Assembly (NCBI GenBank): GCA_963812605.1
Contig: CAWEWF010000004.1
Location: 64,001 to 128,000 of the forward strand
DNA length: 64,000 nt
Direction: 5' to 3'
From: an uncultured Verrucomicrobiae bacterium
GTDB lineage: Bacteria > Verrucomicrobiota > Verrucomicrobiia > Palsa-1439
The stretch's first letter is position 1; each line of letters starts with the position of its first letter. Under the pieces are notes generated by a model that saw nothing but the letters and a program-made list of their open reading frames with translations, made no database searches and had not been told where the DNA came from. The position numbers were made by a program, and so were the translations under genes. Positions 23,073 to 37,358 of the stretch are shown piece by piece.

Positions 23073-23625
23073 TTAATTGGCGCCACGCGGATCTGCCGCA
23101 AGCTCCCACGTCAGCACTTCCCGGTGTTTTGGGACTTCCACCAAACTGATCTCCTTGATTTGGGTTATCAACGGAAGCGTGAATCGGGAACACACTTCAA
23201 CCGCCCCGGGAATCGCAGCGATTGAAAGTCCGTAAGCCAGCGTGCAATGCGGGACCCAGTTTCCCGGAAGGTAATAGGGGCGAACGCCCGTCACCTGCCC
23301 GGCGCAGACGACTCGTAAACTCGCTATGAATGGAAAGCAGTTGTTCGGTAACGACTGCGCCCAGGTACACTACTCCCTCCGGCCGGGGAAAAATGCCCAG
23401 ATAATCGAGTTTGATCGGGAACGCGATGCGCTTTTCAGTAAAGAAATGAAGCTCGTTTTCAAATTCCGGCGAAGAGTATTTCTCGAACACGCCCAAAGTG
23501 ACGTGGGGCCGATAGCCGCCATCGATCATGAAGGAATTGACCCTCGCTTGCGCCAGGTCGCCCCAAACCTTCCGCACGAGCTTGTCGGCGCTCTCATCAA
23601 AAAACATTTCCACGGCAAAGGGCAT
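23073..23625 (-). CDS. 2H phosphoesterase (2'-5' RNA ligase family); frameshift near 23295
   Basis: Two HxT motifs (RPHVTL, VPHCTL) across two frames. Confidence 0.82.
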
Positions 23626-23726
23626 GTTTCATCATGAAAACAAAACCGCGCGTCCGCTGCAAGGGTTCTTCTTTTTAATTCCACGCCGGACGGATAGCCG
23701 GTAGAATGATTCGCGATGACGATTTT

Positions 23727-24942
23727 ATGCACCACGAAGCGGCACTGATCGAGACGCTGGCCATCAGCCTGGCGTTTGCGTTTGTCGGCGGTTTTCTTGC
23801 GGTCCGCTTGCGCCTGCCGCCGCTGGTGGGCTACTTGCTGGCCGGGCATTGTTGTCGGACCGTTTACACCGGGGTTCGTGGTCAACGTCAAGCTGGCGCC
23901 GCAACTGGCCGAGGTCGGGGTCATTCTTCTTATGTTCGGCGTGGGGATGCACTTTTCCATTGACGATCTACTGGCGGTGCGCGGCATTGCCGTGCCGGGC
24001 GCAGTGGCGCAGATTGTGATCGCGACAGCCATGGGCGCGGGCGTCGCCCTGGTATGGGGTTGGTCAATCGGCGCCGGATTGGTGTTCGGCCTGGCCTTGT
24101 CGGTCGCGAGCACGGTCGTCTTGTTGCGGCAGTTGGAAGCACAGGGCAATTTGAAAACGCGCGACGGTCAGATTGCGGTTGGCTGGCTCGTGGTGGAAGA
24201 TTTGGCAATGGTCCTGACATTGGTCCTGTTGCCGGCCCTCGCGGGTGTGATGGGCGGACACGCGGCAGATCCGAGCCATGGCGCCGCGCCCGGCAACCTC
24301 TGGATGACGCTCGGACTGACGCTCGGCCGCGTTGCGTTATTCGTCTTTCTCATCCTGTTGGTGGGACCGCGCGTGGTTCCGTGGTTGTTGAAACAAGTGG
24401 AACGCACCGGCTCGCGCGAGTTGTTCACGCTGGCCGTGATCGCACTGGCGCTTGGCGTGGCATTCGGCTCCGCGGAATTTTTCGGCGTCTCGTTCGCCCT
24501 CGGCGCGTTCTTTGCCGGGATGGTCATCAACGAGTCCGACCTAAGCCATCGCGCCGCGACCGACCTGCAGCCGTTGCAAGACGCATTTGCCGCGCTCTTT
24601 TTCGTGGCAGTGGGAATGCTCTTCGACCCCGCCATCCTGACGCGCGAACCGCTGCGCGTGTTGATCGTAGTGGCGATCATTGTCGTCGGCAAATTTCTCG
24701 CCGCGCTGGGGATCGTGCTCGCGTTGCGGTATTCGCTGGGTACCGCCCTCACGGTCTCGGCCGCGCTGTCGCAGATCGGGGAATTCTCCTTTATCCTGGT
24801 CGGAATGGGAATCACCCTTGGCCTCCTGCCAGCCGAGGGGCGAGACCTGATATTGGCGGGCGCGCTGCTGTCGATCACGTTGAATCCCTTGGTCTTCGGC
24901 ATCGTCGCCAAACTCCGACCGATCCCCGTCGGCTCCCGCTAG
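23727..24942 (+). CDS. CPA2 cation:proton antiporter (YbaL/RosB-like) lacking a C-terminal KTN domain; frameshift near 23845
   Basis: LAEVGVILLMFGVGMHFS, SVASTVV, WLVVEDL, SQIGEFSFIL. Confidence 0.88.
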
Positions 24943-25023
24943 CCCTGGCGAAGAATCCTCTTGCGGCCACGGCATTTTTTGGTTATCGTGTGCGACTCTT
25001 ACAGGAAGACGGAGTAACGAACT

Positions 25024-25275
25024 ATGTCTCGACGTTGTGAAATTTGTGGCAAAGGCCAGGTCCGCGGCAATCACATTCTCCGCCGTGGTCAGGCGAAGAA
25101 AACCGGTGGTATCGGTCAGCACGTGACAGCGGTCACGCCGCGGATCTTCAAGCCCAATATCCAGGTGGTCCATGCCGTCGTCGATGGCGTGCGCCGCCGG
25201 GTCAAAGCCTGCGCGAACTGCATCAAGAGCGGTCGCGTGGTCCGGAAGAGTCCCCGCGTGCTCCAAGCGGCGTAA
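25024..25275 (+). CDS. rpmB: 50S ribosomal protein L28 (Zn-binding form)
   Basis: MSRRCEICGK...RIFKPNIQ...CANCIKSG. Confidence 0.93.
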   Translation: MSRRCEICGKGQVRGNHILRRGQAKKTGGIGQHVTAVTPRIFKPNIQVVHAVVDGVRRRVKACANCIKSGRVVRKSPRVLQAA

Positions 25276-25300
25276 TTCGCGGCGCTTCACAGAAGCGCCT

Positions 25301-26985
25301 CTACAATGGCTCTCGAATATCGCGCACTTTCAGTTGGACGCTTTCCGTGCCGCCGTACTCATTCAGTTCGGGCGTGAACGCGATATCGAACGCGCCTTCG
25401 GGGAATTCAAAATCGCCCTTTCCCCACCAAATCGCCTGTACGGTTGTATCGCCATCGGTCACACTGAAGCGCAGGTGATTCTTGCCGACGATGCGGGGCT
25501 TGCCACGCAAATGTACGCCTTCCGCCGCAAACAGCGGCGTCGGGTTTTCCGTCCCACACGGTTCCAGCCGCTCCAGTTGCTCGAAAAAATCCGCGTCCAG
25601 ATCGTCAAGTTTGACCAGGGAGTCGATCCGCACCTGCGGTTGAAGATCCTCGTCCTTGAGCATTCTGCCCGCAAATTCGTTCAACATCTCGCGCAGTCCG
25701 TCAATCTTGTCCGCTTTCACGCTCAATCCCGCCGCCATCTCGTGTCCGCCAAATTTTTCCAAGAGCGGCGCGCAATGTTGCAACGCGCCAACGATGGAAA
25801 AGCCCGACACGCTCCGGCACGACCCCTTCCCCATTCCCTCCTCAATCCCGATTACCACGGTCGGTCGATGGTAGACCTGCAACACGCGCGAAGCCACGAT
25901 ACCGATGACACCCACATGCCAGCCCTCCTTCGCCAGCACGAGTATCCGGTCGCTGGAATTTGTCCGCGCTATGGCGATTGCTTCTTCCACTATTTGTCCT
26001 TCAATGCCCTGGCGCCTGGCGTTGTGCTCGTTGAGCAGTTTCGCCAATTCCGCGGCCCGCGTAGCGTCGTCGGTCAACAGCAATTTCAGCGCGGCCATTG
26101 CGTCGGCCAGTCGGCCGGCGGCATTAAGCCGCGGCCCGATGCGAAAACCTACGTGATACGGACTTACCTTGTCCGGCACATCCGCCATCTTCATTAAGGC
26201 GCGCAATCCGATTTTCTGCCGTCTGCTGGCAACCGCTCCAAACCGGCCCGCACCAGAATGCGATTCTCGCCCGTAAGCGGAACCAGGTCCGCGACGGTCC
26301 CGACGGCCACAAGATCCAGATGCTCGCGCAGATCGATCCGTTCCGCCAATCGCTTTTCGCGCTTCAAGAGGGCGTGCGCGAGCTTGAAAGCAACGCCGAC
26401 GCTGGCCAGCACACCCAGCGGTGAACCGGCAATTCTCTTGGGATTTACCACGGCGACGCATTCGGGCAATTTCTCCGGGGGCTCGTGATGGTCGAGCACT
26501 ATCGTATCGACGCCGTGCTTGTGGAGATCCGCAATTTCGCGCACGGAACTTGTGCCGCAATCCACCGCGATGAGCAACTGTGGTTGATGCTCCTTGAGGC
26601 AGCGCGCGATGCCGTCCGCACTGAGACCGTACCCTTCTTCCGCGCGTTGCGGCAGAAAGTTGGCGACCGTTGCCCCCGCCGTTTGCAGGACGCGCCGCAG
26701 CAAAGCGCTGGAAGTTACCCCGTCCACATCGTAGTCGCCGTAAATGACGATGCGCTCCTTGTTCGCAATCGCGACAAGGATGCGCTCGACCGCCGCGCCC
26801 ATGTCTGGCAGATCGAACGGATCGCCAAGCTGACGAAGCTGGGGGTTAAGAAAGGACGACGCGGCTGCGGCCGTGCGATAACCACGATTGATCAGGACCT
26901 GCGTGATGGACAGCGCGAGGTGTAGTTCGCGGGCCAGCGTTTCCGCCAGCGCTGGTTCGGGTTTGGCAATGACCCAGCGCTTCAT
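25301..26985 (-). CDS. recJ: ssDNA exonuclease RecJ; frameshift near 26220
   Basis: YGDYDVDG, VDCG, DHH, GTVADLVPL, GPRLNAAGR, GGHEMAAG. Confidence 0.95.
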
Positions 26986-26997
26986 CGACGAACGGCC

Positions 26998-29286
26998 TCA
27001 CGCTTTCGCCGGTTGCGGCTTCTTCACGGCGGCCTGGCTCGTGCGGACCGATTCCTTGCGGTGGAACCAGAGCACGACCGGGCTGGCGATATAGATGGAG
27101 GAATACGTGCCCGTCAGCACGCCCACCACGAAGCAGAAGGCGAAATCATTGAGCACGCGCCCGCCAAAACCATAGAGCGCGACCGAGCAGAGGAACACCG
27201 TGCCGGCCGTGAGGATCGTCCGCGACAGCGTTTCGTTTACGCTGCGGTTGATCAGGTCAAAATAGCTGAGTTTGCCGCCGGTGAGCTTCTTGGTTTCACG
27301 AATCCGGTCGAATACGACGATGGTGTCATTGATCGAATAGCCGATCAGCGTCAACACCGCGGCGACGACGGGCATGGAGAACGTGCGATGCGGCCACGGC
27401 CAAAGACAGAACAGGCCGACGGTCATCAGCACGTCGTGGACCAGTGAAACCAGCGCGCCCAATCCGTAGGAGATTTCACCAAAGCGCAGGGCGATGTAGA
27501 CCATGATCGCGATGAGCGACAAGGCCACGGCCTTCAGGGCATCGTTGAGCAACTCCTTGCCAACGATGGCCCCGACGCGTTCGGTGCTGAGCACCTTGAA
27601 CTGCGCCTGGGGATATTGATCCTGAAGATGCTTGACCACATCCTCCGTCTTGCCCTCGGGAAGCCTCAATTGCAGCACCTCCGAACCGCCGGCCAAATCG
27701 CGTTCGTACTGGATGTAGGCCTCGTCGAAATGGTTTGCGTCCAGGTTATGGCGAATCTCGTCCACGTCGATACGCTGTTGGAAACCCAGCGTCGCGGTGT
27801 CGCCGCCCTTGAAATCAATGCCGTACACTTCGCCCACGCCAACTTTCAGGCCGCCACGGTTCACGAACACCACCATGCCGGTGATGATGAGCGCCCAGGA
27901 AAGCGCGAAGGCAACTTTCCAGACGCCGAGGAAGTTGATGTGCGGCAGGCGGCGAAACACATGGAGCATGTGGAACGACTTCAGCCAGCCCCGGTCCACG
28001 AGCCAGTCGAAGATCAGCCGGGTCACGAACACGCCGGAGAAAAGGTTGGCCAGCAAACCAATGACCAGCGTGACGCCGAAGCCCTTCACCGGGCCGCTGC
28101 CCATGGAGATCAAGATGGCCGCCGTCAGGATCGCGGTAAAGTGCGCGTCGAAAATCACCCGAAACGCGCGGGAATAGCCCGCGGCCAGCGCCGCGCGCAA
28201 CGCTTTTTTCGCGGCCAATTCCTCGCGGACTCGCTCATAGATCAGCACGTTGGTGTCCACCGCCATGCCGATGGTCAAGACAATGCCGGCGATGCCGGGC
28301 ATGGTGAGCGTGAACTTGAACATCGCCAACACGCCCATCGTGATGAGAATGTTGAATAACAGCGCCAGGTTCGCGACGACTCCCGCCGCCTGATAATACA
28401 CTGCCATAAAAATAATCACGGCCGCCGCGCCGATCAACGCCGCCCGAATACCGCTCTTGACGGAGTCCCGGCCCAGCGACGGGTCGACGCTGCGCGTCTC
28501 GATGACCTTGATGGGCGCCTCGAGGGGGTTTTCCAGCACGTTGGCCAGTTCCTGCGCCTCGGTTTGGCTGAAGCTGCCGCTAATCTGCGCGTTGCCGCCC
28601 GTAATCGCATCCCGGATCACCGGCGCGGAGTAAAGTTCGCCATCCAGCACGATGGCCAATTGCCGTCCGACGTTCGCCGAAGTGATCCGGCCAAAAATCG
28701 CCGCCCCTTCCGGGTCAAAGCTCAGCGCCACGTAGGGTCGCCCCAGGTCGTCGGGCAGCACGTAGGCCCGGGCCACGTGCCTGCCGGTCATCTCCGGGCG
28801 CACTTTCACGAAGTACGTCTGCTTGGTCGGTTGCCCGTTGCGGTTCTCTTCATGGACCAATTTCTTGTATCCCACGGGTTCCACGAACCGTGGATCGGAA
28901 ACGGATTCCTCCACCAGCTTATCGTTGTCCTCATGCACGAGCCGAAATTCGAGGTAGGCCGTTTTCTCGATGGTCTTCCGCGCTTCAATCTGTTTCGCTT
29001 CGTCGAGGCCCGGCAATTGGACCAGGAGCCGATCCGGCGGGATGGGCTGGATCACCGGCTCCGCCACGCCGAAGCGATCGACGCGCTTCCGCAGGATTTC
29101 CACCGCCTGCGCCAGCGCCGTCGCGCGGCCGGTCGAATCGATTTTGCTGAGGTCCATTTGCAGCAGGAAGGAGGTGCCGCCCTTGATATCCAGACCAAGC
29201 TTGATGCCGTAGTTATAAATCGACCAGGTGGCAAGGGCCAGGACCGCGGCAACCAAAGTGGATTTCCAGGGGAATTGCTTGTTCAT
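26998..29286 (-). CDS. secDF: Fused protein translocase subunit SecDF
   Basis: LGLDIKGG, IGMAVDTNVLIYER, GIDFKGG, GYSINDTIVVFDRIRE. Confidence 0.96.
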   Translation of the reverse strand: MNKQFPWKSTLVAAVLALATWSIYNYGIKLGLDIKGGTSFLLQMDLSKIDSTGRATALAQAVEILRKRVDRFGVAEPVIQPIPPDRLLVQLPGLDEAKQIEARKTIEKTAYLEFRLVHEDNDKLVEESVSDPRFVEPVGYKKLVHEENRNGQPTKQTYFVKVRPEMTGRHVARAYVLPDDLGRPYVALSFDPEGAAIFGRITSANVGRQLAIVLDGELYSAPVIRDAITGGNAQISGSFSQTEAQELANVLENPLEAPIKVIETRSVDPSLGRDSVKSGIRAALIGAAAVIIFMAVYYQAAGVVANLALLFNILITMGVLAMFKFTLTMPGIAGIVLTIGMAVDTNVLIYERVREELAAKKALRAALAAGYSRAFRVIFDAHFTAILTAAILISMGSGPVKGFGVTLVIGLLANLFSGVFVTRLIFDWLVDRGWLKSFHMLHVFRRLPHINFLGVWKVAFALSWALIITGMVVFVNRGGLKVGVGEVYGIDFKGGDTATLGFQQRIDVDEIRHNLDANHFDEAYIQYERDLAGGSEVLQLRLPEGKTEDVVKHLQDQYPQAQFKVLSTERVGAIVGKELLNDALKAVALSLIAIMVYIALRFGEISYGLGALVSLVHDVLMTVGLFCLWPWPHRTFSMPVVAAVLTLIGYSINDTIVVFDRIRETKKLTGGKLSYFDLINRSVNETLSRTILTAGTVFLCSVALYGFGGRVLNDFAFCFVVGVLTGTYSSIYIASPVVLWFHRKESVRTSQAAVKKPQPAKA

Positions 29287-29297
29287 GATGGCTCGGG

Positions 29298-32517
<3,220 letters not shown>

Positions 32518-32567
32518 GTCCCTAGGCTAGCGGCAGATACGCGAGCGAATCAAGTCCTCGCAATAGA

Positions 32568-32909
32568 CTAACGAAATATGTCGATAGCTAGATGGCAGAA
32601 CGCCGCGACACCGAATGCCAGATTAACAGTTAGAATCAAACCTGTGGCATAGAGATAGCCTCGTCCACGCCACCTCGTGGGATGACTACGAAACCTTTTC
32701 CATGAAAAAAGGAACGGCGCGAACACAATCAGGAAACAAACCAACCAGAAGGCGATACCAGCCGCGAACCTCCGATTACTTAGCATAGCCCAAAGCATGT
32801 CTGCTTCAATGGGCGCAGCCATTACAAAAAGAGCTAACCCAAACGCCACAAGAGCAAATGGCTCTAAACGAGGTTTCATCTCGGAACGAAAGTCCAATTT
32901 CACTTCCAT
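32568..32909 (-). CDS. Hypothetical membrane protein (about 3 TM)
   Basis: Hydrophobic segments; GAGGTG SD; AT-richer than the flanks. Confidence 0.55.
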   Translation of the reverse strand: MEVKLDFRSEMKPRLEPFALVAFGLALFVMAAPIEADMLWAMLSNRRFAAGIAFWLVCFLIVFAPFLFSWKRFRSHPTRWRGRGYLYATGLILTVNLAFGVAAFCHLAIDIFR

Positions 32910-32923
32910 ATTTTGCTCACCTC

Positions 32924-33358
32924 TCAAGTCCCCGCACTATCTGTCGGCACGATTTCCAGTGCCAAGTATGATCGCGATAGCCGACGGCGCGCCAAAATGC
33001 CACGGCGGCGGTGTTGGCGACGAGCACTTCGACGGTCAACCTCTTGGTCTTTGGCCAGATCTCGGAGCGAAGCAGGCATATCGCTTGTTTGCCCAGGCCT
33101 TGCCGACGCCGTGGGCGGACGACAAAGAGTTGGCGGAGATAAATCTCTTCCGGTTGCTCGCGATAGAGCGCGTAGGCGACGACCGTCCCGGCATCCTCGA
33201 ACAGAATCGCCACGTACTCCCCGGCGAGCCAAGCCCTTCATCCGTTGCTCCAGCTCGGGAACGGTCATCCGATTGCGATGTCCCTCATCGCGAATCAATT
33301 GGTGGTTGAGCTCTCCAAGAAGCGAGCAGTCATCCGTTGTGGCGCGCCGATAGGTCAT
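32924..33358 (-). CDS. GNAT family acetyltransferase; two frameshifts
   Basis: MTYRRAT...LNHQLIRDEGH, then YLRQLFV...RRQGLGK...N.AAVAFWRAVGY. Confidence 0.8.
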   Translation of the reverse strand: MTYRRATTDDCSLLGELNHQLIRDEGHRNRMTVPELEQRMKGLARRGVRGDSVRGCRDGRRLRALSRATGRDLSPPTLCRPPTASARPGQTSDMPASLRDLAKDQEVDRRSARRQHRRRGILARRRLSRSYLALEIVPTDSAGT

Positions 33359-33365
33359 GGTCGGT

Positions 33366-34424
33366 TCACTGCGCCAGAAAATCGGCGACGGCCGGGTTGA
33401 CCTTTGCGGCTTCGTAACCGGGGGAGAGGTGGCCGCGGTCACTTTCCAGTTTTAGGGTCGGCGCGTGCAGGAGACCTGCAAATTCCAGGGCGGGGGCGGG
33501 ATTAACGGCGCGATCTTGCAGCGCGGAGATGACCAATACTTTGGCTTTCACCACAGCGGCTGCGCCTTCCATCGACCCGCCGAACGGCGCGGAGACATCC
33601 AGTGCCATGATGGCCTCCAACTGGCGGATCTTATCGTTCGAATCGAAGCCGGGGGTGTGGCTCGCCTTTTCGAGATCGGCTGCCAGTCGCTCGCGGGTCA
33701 TTCGGCGGTTGTATTCGTCGGGCGTGGTGAGAATCAGCGCGAGAAATTCGGCCTCAGCCATGCGCGCGGGATTGTTGGTGTAATTCCCCTTGTTCCAGTC
33801 GGGATCATTGGTGATCGCGCGGAGTTGGGCGCGGAGAAAGACGATGTCGTAAGGGGTGGGCCGAGGTGAACCGACGATCGGGATCGCCTTGTCCATGAAG
33901 TCGGGATAGGAAACGATCCATTGGAAGGTCTGCATGCCGCCCATCGAGATTCCCATGACGGCCTTCACGTGATTCAAATGCAATGTCTTCGTGAGAAGTT
34001 TGTGCTGGGTGTTGACCATGTCGCGGATGGTGACTTTCGGGAATTTCATGCGCGGCTGCAACTGGCTGGTCGAGGGCGACGACGAAACGCCATTGGCCAG
34101 CGCGTCGACGGCGATGACGAAGTATTTGGTGCTATCCACCAGTTTGTTGGAGCCGATGCTGCCGATGAGTTGTTCGGTTGTTCCCAGGGCCCACGTGGGA
34201 AAGAGAACCGCGTTTGACTGATTGCTATTGAGGGCGCCGAACGTCCGGTAACCAATGCGGCAGTCGCGGATGACCTCTCCGCTCTCCAGTTTGAAATCAC
34301 CGAGTCGGGCGAACTGCTGCTCCTGGGCGCAAGAGATGTTTGCCAGACAGCATAGAAACAGGGAAAGACGAAAGGCGAAATGGATTGGGTTTTTAACGGC
34401 TGATTGCCTACGAACGGGGTTCAT
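33366..34424 (-). CDS. Alpha/beta hydrolase, homoserine O-acetyltransferase (MetX)-like, with signal peptide
   Basis: LESGEVI...YRTFG.LN, TIRDMV, GISMGGMQ, late Asp and GH; N-terminal hydrophobic leader. Confidence 0.82.
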   Translation of the reverse strand: MNPVRRQSAVKNPIHFAFRLSLFLCCLANISCAQEQQFARLGDFKLESGEVIRDCRIGYRTFGALNSNQSNAVLFPTWALGTTEQLIGSIGSNKLVDSTKYFVIAVDALANGVSSSPSTSQLQPRMKFPKVTIRDMVNTQHKLLTKTLHLNHVKAVMGISMGGMQTFQWIVSYPDFMDKAIPIVGSPRPTPYDIVFLRAQLRAITNDPDWNKGNYTNNPARMAEAEFLALILTTPDEYNRRMTRERLAADLEKASHTPGFDSNDKIRQLEAIMALDVSAPFGGSMEGAAAVVKAKVLVISALQDRAVNPAPALEFAGLLHAPTLKLESDRGHLSPGYEAAKVNPAVADFLAQ

Positions 34425-34478
34425 GGCCGCAGGTTAAGGGGCGGTCGCAGTGAAATCAAGGCGCTATCCTTTGCGGCT

Positions 34479-34542
34479 TGGAGGGACGCGCTCCGTCGCG
34501 TCCGTTCGCTCAAATGCGGCCACGACGGAGCGTGGCCCTCCA
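34479..34542. repeat. GGAG-type REP doublet (inverted pair)
   Basis: TGGAGGGACGCGCTCCGTCGCGTCCG ... reverse complement of TGGAGGGCCACGCTCCGTCGTGGCCG. Confidence 0.8.
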
Positions 34543-34573
34543 TCATTAGGACACTACTGGGAAGACCAATAAC

Positions 34574-36373
34574 TCAAAGCACCAGCCGCACGCGGTAGTA
34601 GTTGGCGGGGGTGTTGGTGGCGGCGCCGGGGTCGAGATAGTTTGTCGTTGTAAGGCCGGTGCCGGGGATAATGATGTTTCCGCTAATGTTGGAATAGGCG
34701 CCGCCGGGATCCGATGTGGACTCCACGGCGTTTGTCAGCCCGCCTGCGGTCAGCCACGTGATCAGCAGATCCGAACCTTGTAACGTGGTTCCTGTAACAT
34801 GGAACGGAGACGTACTATCGAGCGGGTTGGTTCCCAAGAGGAATTCCTGAAGATTGGACAAGCCATCGCCGTCAGGGTCCGCGGCGGCAACCGTGGGATC
34901 GAAAGGATTGAAGCCATATTGTTGTTTCCAGCCGTTGGGAATTCCGTCGCCGACTTGGCTCTTGGTCGGGTCGAGGAGCGGTTGGACAGAAAGCTCGACC
35001 TGATTGGTATCGGAGGCTGCGCAACTATCAAATGCATTTACCTTGAAGAAGTACGTGATCGGGCTGTTGCTTCCCGGATAGAGCGGAAGGAAGACGGACA
35101 AGGCGTTCGTGGTCAGCAACGGATTGATCTCTCCGCCGCTATTGGTCGCCTCGTAGACGCCATAGGTGAGCGGCGCCGTACCGGATGCCGCGGACCAGGT
35201 CAACGTTGCGCCTTCAATCGCCGGGTGACACTGCTCGGTCCCGCGAAAAGGGGCGGGCTGGCGTAGGTAAATCCGTTGGTCAGCGTTGTCGGAGGTTTAC
35301 CGGGAGTCTTGACCACGACGTTGTAGGTCCCCGGCGAGTTGGCAGCCGTGATGGCTGTCAGGGTGTTGGAATTGACCAAGGTGACACTGGTGGCGTTCGC
35401 GCCATTCATGGTGATCGTGGAGCCGTTTTGGAAGTTCACACCGCCAACGGTGATCGGCGTGCCACCGCTGGCACAGCCGTGGTTGGGGGTGACCGAGAAG
35501 ATCAGGGGCTCCTGCACTACGATAAACTGGTAAACCCGAACGTAATCCACCAGCATCTCGGCGGGCAGGCTGGCAAGGACGCTGTTCGTATCCGGATCGC
35601 CGACGTAATCGCCGCCGGTAGCGAGGTTCATGAGCAGGAAAAAACCCAGATTGAATGGGGCTGGATAAGGTTTGCCCGAGGAACTTGTCCAACTGGTTTG
35701 GGTTTCGTAAGCCGTGCCATCGACCGACCACGTGAGCGAGTTCGTCGTCCAATCCAAATCATACACGTGGAAGTTGGTGACCGAATCGCCGCTGCTGAAA
35801 TTAGTGAAGATTTGGGTCGCGTCAGTTCCGGTGTGGATGCTTCCCTGGACGAAGCCTACGTTGGCTCCATCATTCTCCACGACATCGATTTCGCCGCACT
35901 TCGGCCAGGGATCCTTGTTGATGTTGGTTCCCATCATCCAGAGGGCCGGCCACATGCCGACGCCGGCGGGCAGCTTGCGCGCCATTCGATGCGACCGTAT
36001 TCCGTCGCAAATTTGCCCTGGGTCTTCATGCGGGCGGAGGATATGGTAATCGGATTCGTGTTTTCTTTTTGGGCATGGATATGGAGGAAGCCACCGGCGA
36101 CGTAAGCGTTGTTGGTCAGGCTGGTATAGGTCTCCAACTCATTGTTGCCCCAGCCGCCAGCCCCGGTGTCGAATACCCACTTGGTGCCATCGACATTGGA
36201 ACTGGTGACGCTATTGAACTCATCGCTCCAGACGAGCGACAAGACCACGCTCTGTCCGTATGTCGCTGGGTCCCGGCGCCGAGGAATACAAAAAGCAACA
36301 GACCAGCAATCAGAGTCAGAAACGTCTGCTTGGTTGGAACGAAGAGGTTGGCAAAAAACCGTAGTGCAGTCAT
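34574..36373 (-). CDS. Secreted GH16 beta-glucanase (laminarinase-like) with IPT/TIG domain, D-rich Ca-binding-type motif and C-terminal beta domain; three frameshifts
   Basis: LVWSDEF, GGWGNNELE, WPALWM, WP.CGEIDVVE catalytic motif, SVTPNHG..GGT.IT (IPT), DPDGDGLSNLQEF, YYRVRL. Confidence 0.85.
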
Positions 36374-36441
36374 CGTGAACTGGTTTCCCTGATCCCTGTT
36401 ATGTTTCGCTTGCTCGCCCCCAAAACGCGATGCTGAAATTG

Positions 36442-36572
36442 GATGACAACGTTTTCACATAACAGACAATATCCGTAACGCGGTCATTCTGAACTGAACC
36501 CGTATCGCGCCCGCCATACTACACTAGCACGGCTTGGGATTACGATGTTAAAGTGCGATGACAACGTTTTCA
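36442..36572. promoter_or_regulatory. Pair of LacI-family operator-like sites upstream of the GH16 gene
   Basis: GATGACAACGTTTTCA exactly repeated at 36442-36457 and 36557-36572; near-palindromic with a central CG. Confidence 0.72.
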
Positions 36573-36709
36573 TTGCAGAGTCAACTGACGGAAGGAGTTC
36601 CAACGGCAAAGACCGGCCAGAGCGATAGCTTTGCTGCGGCGCCTGCTTCTGATCCGTTTGAATTTTCCCACTTGATAAATGTTTCAGAGAGTGCAAGTTT
36701 TACAACGTC

Positions 36710-37264
36710 ATGATGGAGGCGCTTCATACCGGTGTTATCAATCTTCATCTACAACCTTTTCCGGCGTTGATTGTCATCGCATTGATCCTCCTCGCTTTCG
36801 GATTGGCGGTGGTGAGTGGCTTCACTATTTTTGCGAAGTATTTTTCCGGCTGGAAGGGTTTGGTCCGAAGATTTCCTGCGACGGACGCTCATTCGCTGGG
36901 GAAAGAATATGGCGGACAAAGCGGTCTCTTTGACCGCAAGTCGCAAAGCCGCCCGTTCAGCCTCAATTCGTTATTTCTCGTTGAGCCCGCCCAGGAAGGC
37001 TTGTTGATCACCGCCTATTTCGCCAGGCGTCAACCGATCCTGCTCCGTTGGTCTGACATCCAAAAGGTTGAAGACCAGGACCTGCCCGGATGGTCGGCGG
37101 TCCTGGTGACCGCGGAGTGCGACAAGGAAAGAAAAATCACGGTGACCGTTCCCAAGGAAGCATTGACGGTTATTCGGTCAAACGTTCCCCCCGAACGCTG
37201 GCACAAAACGAACTCTTTTACGCAACTAATAAAGAGCCGCCTCATTAATCGCACCGTTAGTTGA
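36710..37264 (+). CDS. Hypothetical membrane-anchored protein
   Basis: N-terminal TM segment, then SGW..L..RF and a soluble domain. Confidence 0.6.
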   Translation: MMEALHTGVINLHLQPFPALIVIALILLAFGLAVVSGFTIFAKYFSGWKGLVRRFPATDAHSLGKEYGGQSGLFDRKSQSRPFSLNSLFLVEPAQEGLLITAYFARRQPILLRWSDIQKVEDQDLPGWSAVLVTAECDKERKITVTVPKEALTVIRSNVPPERWHKTNSFTQLIKSRLINRTVS

Positions 37265-37358
37265 TTCCTCCTTATTCTCGAACGCATCCAGGAATTATTC
37301 CTATCCCGGAATCGGACTGCTCCCTGATTGATTCCCCGTAGGGCGGTGGAAAATTTAG

